Shown: piece after piece, positions 58,038 to 64,000 of the stretch
Position numbering within the stretch: position 1 is the stretch's first letter
Layout: the number at the start of each line of letters is the position of its first letter
Source: an uncultured Elusimicrobia bacterium
Lineage (GTDB): Bacteria > Elusimicrobiota > Elusimicrobia > 2-01-FULL-59-12
Assembly (NCBI GenBank): GCA_963702895.1
Contig: OY969767.1
Coordinates: forward strand, 1,568,001-1,632,000
DNA length: 64,000 nt
Direction: 5' to 3'
Made by a program: the position numbers and the translations under genes
The notes under the pieces: generated by a model
Databases searched by the model: none
What the model was told of the DNA's origin: nothing
Seen by the model: only the letters and a program-made list of their open reading frames with translations

Positions 58038-59564
58038 TCATTCCCATTCAATCGTCGCGGGCGGCTTGGACGAGATGTCATAGGCCACTCGGTTAATCCC
58101 CCGCACTTCATTGATGATGCGGTTGGACATCTTCGCCAGCACCTCATAAGGCATCTTGACCCAGTCGGCGGTCATACCATCCGTCGAGGTGACGGCTCTC
58201 ACCGCGACCACGTTCTCGTAGGTCCGCTCATCGCCCATCACACCCACCGAACTCACCGGCAGCAGGACCGCAAAGGCCTGCCACATCTGGTTATAGAGCC
58301 CCGCCGCGCGAACCTCTTCTTCGACGATCGAGTCTGCTCGCCGCAGCAGATCCAGGCGTTCCGCTGTCACAGGGCCGAGGATCCGGACCCCAAGGCCAGG
58401 CCCAGGGAAGGGATGGCGCTGGAGGATTTCCTCTGGAATACCGAGCTCCTTGCCCAGAGCGCGGACTTCGTCCTTAAAGAGAAAACGGAGAGGTTCGATC
58501 AGTTTGAGCTTCATCCGCTCGGGTAAGCCTCCCACGTTGTGGTGGGTTTTGATCGTGGCGGAAGGACCTTTGACGGACACACTTTCGATCACGTCGGGAT
58601 AGAGCGTCCCTTGAACCAGGAAGTCGACCGGCCCAAGCTTTTGAGCTTCATCGTCGAAAACAGAAATGAACTCGTTGCCAATGATCTTGCGTTTCTTTTC
58701 AGGATCATCCACCCCCGCGAGCTTTTGAAGGAAGCGAGCCGACGCGTCGATTATTCGCAGTTCCCCCTTGAACCTGTTCTTAAAGATTCTTTCGACCCGT
58801 TCCTTTTCCCCTTTTCGCAGGAGCCCGTTGTCGACGAAGACGCAGGTGAGCTGCTTCCCGACCGCTTTGTCGACAAGCATCGCCGCGACGGACGAATCGA
58901 CCCCGCCGGACATGGCGCAGATCACATGGTCCTTTCCAACTTGAGACCGGATCTCCTTGAGCTGCCCCTGGATAAAGGACTCCATGGTCCAGATCGGCTT
59001 TTCCCTACAGACGCGGCTCAAGAAATTCTTGAGGATCTGGGGGCCACTCGGGGTATGGTGCACTTCCGGATGGAACTGAACACCGTAAAATTTTTGTTTG
59101 AGATTGGCGATGGCGGCAAATCGCGCGTTACGCGAGTGGGCCAGGCGTACAAAATCCGTCGGCATCTCGTCCGCCGCGTCCCCATGGCTCATCCAGACAG
59201 GCATTTTTTCGTCAAGGCCATGGAAAAGACCATTGGAATGATCGATTTCCAGATCCGCATGGCCATACTCGCGGTGATCGGCCTTCTTCACGCGGCCGCC
59301 GAAATGTTCGGTCATGAGCTGCATGCCGTAACAAATCCCCAGCACCGGCACGCCGAGGTTCCAAAGGGCGGCATCCGGCCGCGGGGCATCCGCCGCGTAG
59401 ACACTCGAGGGCCCGCCGGAGAGAATAATGCCGGAGGGGGCCTTGCTCTTGATCTCCTGGGCGCTGGCCCGAAAGGGCAGAATTTCACAATAGACCTTGG
59501 CTTCTCTCACGCGTCTGGCGATGAGCTGCGTGTATTGGCTGCCAAAATCAAGAATGACAATCAT
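58038..59564 (-). CDS. guaA: GMP synthase
   Basis: [26 protein letters not shown]. Confidence 0.98.
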   Translation of the reverse strand: MIVILDFGSQYTQLIARRVREAKVYCEILPFRASAQEIKSKAPSGIILSGGPSSVYAADAPRPDAALWNLGVPVLGICYGMQLMTEHFGGRVKKADHREYGHADLEIDHSNGLFHGLDEKMPVWMSHGDAADEMPTDFVRLAHSRNARFAAIANLKQKFYGVQFHPEVHHTPSGPQILKNFLSRVCREKPIWTMESFIQGQLKEIRSQVGKDHVICAMSGGVDSSVAAMLVDKAVGKQLTCVFVDNGLLRKGEKERVERIFKNRFKGELRIIDASARFLQKLAGVDDPEKKRKIIGNEFISVFDDEAQKLGPVDFLVQGTLYPDVIESVSVKGPSATIKTHHNVGGLPERMKLKLIEPLRFLFKDEVRALGKELGIPEEILQRHPFPGPGLGVRILGPVTAERLDLLRRADSIVEEEVRAAGLYNQMWQAFAVLLPVSSVGVMGDERTYENVVAVRAVTSTDGMTADWVKMPYEVLAKMSNRIINEVRGINRVAYDISSKPPATIEWE

Positions 59565-59571
59565 CGAGGTC

Positions 59572-59656
59572 GTCCTGAGTCCCGCGTCCTGAGTCCCGCG
59601 TCATCGTAGGCAGCCTTCCGAAAGACCCGGGACACGAGACCCGGGACGCGAGACGC
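59572..59656. repeat. Heptamer inverted repeat (GTCCTGA/GTCCCGC)
   Basis: Left-arm heptamers and right-arm GACCCGG/GACACGA heptamers. Confidence 0.7.
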
Positions 59657-59661
59657 TGTAT

Positions 59662-60822
59662 TCATTTGCCCATCCCAACTCTTTGCGCTTTCTGGAAGAT
59701 TTTCCCCTCATGCTGAATGGCGGGCGCGATGATGAGCTCGGTCAACTGCATTTCTTTGATGTTGCGCGCGCCGACGGTGCCCATGCAGGTCCTGAGCGCT
59801 CCCACGAGATTCTGTGTTCCGTCGTCGGTACGCGCGGGCCCGTAGAGGATTTCTTCAAGCGAGCCGCTCGTGCCCACATGAATACGCGTCCCACGCGGGA
59901 GGTTGTGGTGTGGAGTCGCCATGCCCCAGTGATAGCCGCGGCCGGGAGCTTCTTTGGCCCTGGCAAAGGCGGAGCCTACCATGACGGCGTCGGCACCCGA
60001 GGCGAAGGCCTTGCAGATTTCGCCCCCCATGTTCATGCCCCCGTCGGTAATGATCGGGACATAGTGGCCGGATTTCTTGAAATGGAAGTCGCGTGCCGCT
60101 GCGCAATCAACGGTTGCGGTCACCTGCGGCACACCAATGCCCAAGACGCCCCGCGAGGTACAGGCCGCTCCCGGTCCCACACCTACGAGAACGGCTGCGC
60201 AGCCTGTTTCCATGAGTTCCAAACAGGCGGTATAGTTCACCGTATTGCCAATGACGACCGGCACTTTGAGACTTTTGACGAGCTTCGGGAGGTCCACCAC
60301 TTTGTATTTCGAGGCGATGTGACGAACCGTGGCGACGGTGGATTGGACGAAGAACAGATCCGCTCCCGCTTCCTGAGCAATCGGCGCGAATTTCTCTGCG
60401 TTGGTCGGGATGCAGGAGACGGCCGCCGCGACGCCGCCTTTTTTCATTTCTTTGACCCGCTTTTCGATCAGCTCTTCTTTGACCGGTTCTTTATAGAGTT
60501 TCTGTACAAGCTCTGTAGCCATTTCCGGCGGCGCTGCAGCGATGCGTTCATAGACCTCTTCGACGTTCTCATAGCGGGAGTGGATGCCGTCCAAGTTCAG
60601 GACCGCCAGCCCCCCCTGCTTGCCCATGGCGATCGCGAATTTGGCGTCGACCACGCCATCCATGGCGCTTGCTAAAAATGGGATTTCGAGCTTGACCGAG
60701 CCGATCTTGATCGAGATATCGACTTCTTCCGGATTGACCGTGACGGCCCCCGGAACGAGCGCAATTTCATCAAACCCATAAGCGCGCCGTGCTTCACGAT
60801 CACGGCCAACAAAGAATGCCAT
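59662..60822 (-). CDS. GuaB3-family IMP dehydrogenase-related protein
   Basis: RRAYGFDEIALVP, SAMDGV, GVGPGAACTSR, GMATP; lacks CBS domains. Confidence 0.9.
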   Translation of the reverse strand: MAFFVGRDREARRAYGFDEIALVPGAVTVNPEEVDISIKIGSVKLEIPFLASAMDGVVDAKFAIAMGKQGGLAVLNLDGIHSRYENVEEVYERIAAAPPEMATELVQKLYKEPVKEELIEKRVKEMKKGGVAAAVSCIPTNAEKFAPIAQEAGADLFFVQSTVATVRHIASKYKVVDLPKLVKSLKVPVVIGNTVNYTACLELMETGCAAVLVGVGPGAACTSRGVLGIGVPQVTATVDCAAARDFHFKKSGHYVPIITDGGMNMGGEICKAFASGADAVMVGSAFARAKEAPGRGYHWGMATPHHNLPRGTRIHVGTSGSLEEILYGPARTDDGTQNLVGALRTCMGTVGARNIKEMQLTELIIAPAIQHEGKIFQKAQRVGMGK

Positions 60823-60881
60823 ATGCCTCTCCTCCTCCGCCATTGTGCCGTTGGCGGACTCGCCAGCGACGTCGTGGCGAG

Positions 60882-61463
60882 CTAGACGGTGGGTGGGGTA
60901 AAAGCGGCCTGGCGCTGATACTTTCCCTTTTTATCTGCGTACGAGGTCTCACACACCTCATCCGATTCCAAAAACAAAATCTGGGCAATGCCTTCTTCGG
61001 CATACACTTTGGCCGGCAGGGCCGTGGTGTTGGTAATGGAAAAGGTGAGGCGGCCCTCCCACTCCGGCTCCAGCGGCGCGATGGACACCTGGATCCCACA
61101 GCGCGAGTAAGTGGATTTCCCATGGCAAACCACGAGAATCTCACGAGGGATTCGAAAATATTCGAGCGACTGGGCTATCGCCATGCCATGCGGCGGGAGG
61201 ATACAGATATCGGTTTCGACATCTTGATAGGCGCTCGTGTCAAAGTTTTTAGGGTCCGTCAAACCCGCCTGCATGTGAGCGGGATCCAGGACTTTAAATT
61301 GCCGAGCCACCCGGATGTCATAGCCATAAGAGGAGACACCATAAGAGATCACGGGAGTGGGACCTCCCGGACGCTCGACCACTTTGACCTGTTTCGGCTC
61401 AAAGGGCTCGATCATGCCCTTTTCATTGGCCATTCGGGTGATCCAGCGGTCCGATTTCAGCAT
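60882..61463 (-). CDS. dcd: dCTP deaminase
   Basis: [32 protein letters not shown]. Confidence 0.95.
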   Translation of the reverse strand: MLKSDRWITRMANEKGMIEPFEPKQVKVVERPGGPTPVISYGVSSYGYDIRVARQFKVLDPAHMQAGLTDPKNFDTSAYQDVETDICILPPHGMAIAQSLEYFRIPREILVVCHGKSTYSRCGIQVSIAPLEPEWEGRLTFSITNTTALPAKVYAEEGIAQILFLESDEVCETSYADKKGKYQRQAAFTPPTV

Positions 61464-61494
61464 GGATCGCCTTGGCGTCTGGCGCAGGGGGAGA

Positions 61495-62037
61495 TCATGC
61501 GATTTCTGCCTTGGACCGTTTTTCAATTTTATGGCTTTTGCGTCCGCGGCCAGGATGAAAGTCGGGCGCCAATTTCTGGGCTTCTTTTTTGCTCTTCTCG
61601 AGAGTCATCAGTTCCTCAAGGAAGGCCTGCGGATCGGCGAACTGGCGGTACACGGAAGCGAATCGGATATAGGCCACGGTATCCAAGTCCTTGAGTTTCT
61701 TCAGGACTTTCTCCCCGATCACGCGCGAGGGAACCTGCATCACGTAATCTTGGAGCTCGTACTCAATCTCCGCGATGATGCGCTCGATGACATCCGGGCC
61801 AATGGGGCGCTTTTCGCAGGCGCGCAGAATCCCTTCGCGCAGTTTATCGCGATTAAAAGGTTCTCGCCGCTCATTGGATTTGAGGACCATGAGGGGCACT
61901 TCTTCGAGACGTTCGTAGGTCGTGAATCGTTTGTGGCAGGCCTGGCACTCCCGGCGACGTCGGATAATACTCGCGCCCTCCAACGGCCTCGAATCGAGTA
62001 CTCTATCCTCTTGGTGTCCACAATACGGACATTTCAT
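61495..62037 (-). CDS. nrdR: NrdR transcriptional repressor
   Basis: [27 protein letters not shown]. Confidence 0.97.
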   Translation of the reverse strand: MKCPYCGHQEDRVLDSRPLEGASIIRRRRECQACHKRFTTYERLEEVPLMVLKSNERREPFNRDKLREGILRACEKRPIGPDVIERIIAEIEYELQDYVMQVPSRVIGEKVLKKLKDLDTVAYIRFASVYRQFADPQAFLEELMTLEKSKKEAQKLAPDFHPGRGRKSHKIEKRSKAEIA

Positions 62038-62209
62038 GAAGGAACGGCCTCCGGGTCTCCAGTGCTTAAGGGGATACAACCTGTAGGGACTGATGAACTA
62101 TAACAACTAGCTCTGGTAGGGGTCAAGCATCATACGACAGCAAGCACCGCAAAGCGCATAGCGGAAAGCTGATCGATGTTCGCTGCTCGCTTTTCGCTGT
62201 GCGCTGCCG

Positions 62210-63313
62210 TCAGAGAATTCGTTCCTGGGTTTCTTTGTCAAAGAGACGGATTTTCTCGAGATTAAAGAGAATTTCAATCTCCTGGTTGACTTTGGCTTCG
62301 GACTGAGGTTCGACACGGGCCACCAGGGTGTTTTTGCCGGTGTTGAGATACAGAAGCACTTCACTCCCCATCGGTTCAACGACTTCGACCGTCGAGACGG
62401 CCGTACGGCCTTCGGTCGCGATGTTGCCCGCGTAGACTTTGTCGTAGATATCTTCAGGCCGAACGCCGAGCGTCACCACTTTGCCCACATACGATGCGAC
62501 GGCTTTGCCCATCGCCGGCAAAAGCTCAAGCGTAAACTTGCCTTCTTCAAGATAGAAATGGCCCGACCGACGAACCACCTGGACATCCATAAAGTTCATC
62601 GGCGGACTACCGATAAAGCTGGCCACGAATTTATTGGCCGGCTTGTTGTAGATGTCCAAGGGCTTATCCACCTGCATAATGGATCCATCCTTCATCACGC
62701 AGATCCGGTCTCCCATCGTCATCGCCTCGACCTGATCGTGCGTGACGTAGATCATGGTTGTTTGCAGACGATCATGGAGTTTGGAGAGTTCCGTACGCAT
62801 CTGTACGCGGAGTTTTGCGTCCAGGTTCGAGAGGGGCTCGTCAAAGAGAAAAACTTTGGGCTTGCGCACAATCGCCCGGCCCACCGCGACCCGCTGGCGC
62901 TGGCCGCCGGAGAGGTCCTTCGGCTTTCGCTCCAGCAAGTGGGTGAGGTTGAGGATTTCCGCCGTCTCGCGCACACGCGCGTCGATTTCCTTCTTCTTAT
63001 AGCCCCGGAGTTTGAGTCCAAAAGCCATGTTCTCATAGGCCGTCATGTGCGGATAGAGCGCGTAATTCTGGAACACCATGGCGATATCCCGCTCTTTGGG
63101 AGGAACACCATTGACCAGGCGATTGCCAATCCAGATCTCCCCTGACGTGAGCTCCTCAAGACCGGCGATCATGCGCAGCGTCGTGCTTTTTCCGCATCCC
63201 GAAGGGCCTACGAGTACACAGAATTCGCGGTCCGGGATCTCCAGGTTGATCCCGGTGACAATCACATGACCGTTGATCACTTTCCTGACGCTGCGTAAGA
63301 CAACGTTAGCCAT
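62210..63313 (-). CDS. Sugar ABC transporter ATP-binding protein (MalK/UgpC family)
   Basis: [34 protein letters not shown]. Confidence 0.95.
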   Translation of the reverse strand: MANVVLRSVRKVINGHVIVTGINLEIPDREFCVLVGPSGCGKSTTLRMIAGLEELTSGEIWIGNRLVNGVPPKERDIAMVFQNYALYPHMTAYENMAFGLKLRGYKKKEIDARVRETAEILNLTHLLERKPKDLSGGQRQRVAVGRAIVRKPKVFLFDEPLSNLDAKLRVQMRTELSKLHDRLQTTMIYVTHDQVEAMTMGDRICVMKDGSIMQVDKPLDIYNKPANKFVASFIGSPPMNFMDVQVVRRSGHFYLEEGKFTLELLPAMGKAVASYVGKVVTLGVRPEDIYDKVYAGNIATEGRTAVSTVEVVEPMGSEVLLYLNTGKNTLVARVEPQSEAKVNQEIEILFNLEKIRLFDKETQERIL

Positions 63314-63344
63314 AAATTAGAAACAAGAGGATAGGCTTTGGACC

Positions 63345-64000
63345 CTAGACCTGTGCCCTGATCCCTTGGTCCTTTGTCCTTTGATAGTATTCTTGTAAAG
63401 AGGCCACGGTGACGCGGTCTTCCCGGATGCTGCGCAGACCCGCCAGCGCCGCGCGTGCGGCAGCGAGCGTCGTCACAATCGGCACGTTGTGCTGCAGGGC
63501 GGCTTGACGGATGGTAAAACCTTCGGAATGGGACCGTCTGCCTGAGGGCGTGTTGATCACAAGGGCCGCCTCCCGGTTTTTGATCACGTCCGCGACGTTG
63601 GGTCGTCCCTCATTCAGTTTTTGGACCGTCCGCACCTCAAGCCCCTGTTCACGGAGGCAAGCCGCTGTCGAGCTCGTCGCCAGAAGCTCGAAACCTAGCT
63701 TGGCCATTTCCTTGGCGATGTGTGCGCCCGCTTTCTTATCGCGGTCCGCTAAACTGAAAAGAACGCCGCCAGCTTTTGGCAACTGCGAGCCTGCCGCGGA
63801 CTGGGATTTTGCGAAGGCCCTTGAGAAGTCCTGATCGATACCCATCACTTCGCCTGTCGAGCGCATCTCAGGGCCAAGCACGGCGTCGACACCCGGGAAA
63901 CGCGACCAGGGAAGAACGGCTTCCTTCACCGCCACCCAGGACATCTTCGGGCCCTCCTTAAGAAGATGGGGCGACAGCAATTCCCTGAGCTTGCGACCCA
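63345..64000 (-). CDS. carB: Carbamoyl-phosphate synthase large subunit, C-terminal part (5'-partial)
   Basis: VKEAVLPW.RFPGVD..LGPEMRSTGEVMG; MGS domain INTP. Confidence 0.95.
   Translation of the reverse strand, partial: GRKLRELLSPHLLKEGPKMSWVAVKEAVLPWSRFPGVDAVLGPEMRSTGEVMGIDQDFSRAFAKSQSAAGSQLPKAGGVLFSLADRDKKAGAHIAKEMAKLGFELLATSSTAACLREQGLEVRTVQKLNEGRPNVADVIKNREAALVINTPSGRRSHSEGFTIRQAALQHNVPIVTTLAAARAALAGLRSIREDRVTVASLQEYYQRTKDQGIRAQV

Overview
GC-rich bacterial chromosomal window; the lineage is uncertain, and the giant mosaic ORF style only suggests Elusimicrobiota or a relative. It has three zones. (1) 1-29.5 kb is an envelope island: outer-membrane beta-barrels, lipoproteins, phospholipase A1, a patatin-POTRA-barrel protein, OmpA/MotB, AsmA, a Ser-type arylsulfatase with its radical-SAM maturase, and three AAA+/DUF4143 ATPase paralogs. 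(2) 29.5-41 kb is an accessory zone around tRNA-Phe, -Asp and -Val: intact and decayed MNT-HEPN and BrnTA toxin-antitoxin modules, a membrane-anchored winged-helix gene ending in a 9-copy ~21-bp phased array, and a ~4.7-kb mosaic pseudogene. (3) 41-64 kb is a co-oriented purine/pyrimidine biosynthesis supercluster. The most striking signal is non-coding: a ~45-50 bp doublet of head-to-head CCGCC-A(C/G)..GGCGG mini-hairpins inserted, mostly with CG repeated, into degenerate tRNA copies and into REP/MITE hairpins, giving three levels of nesting. I saw no transposase, integrase or cas gene.
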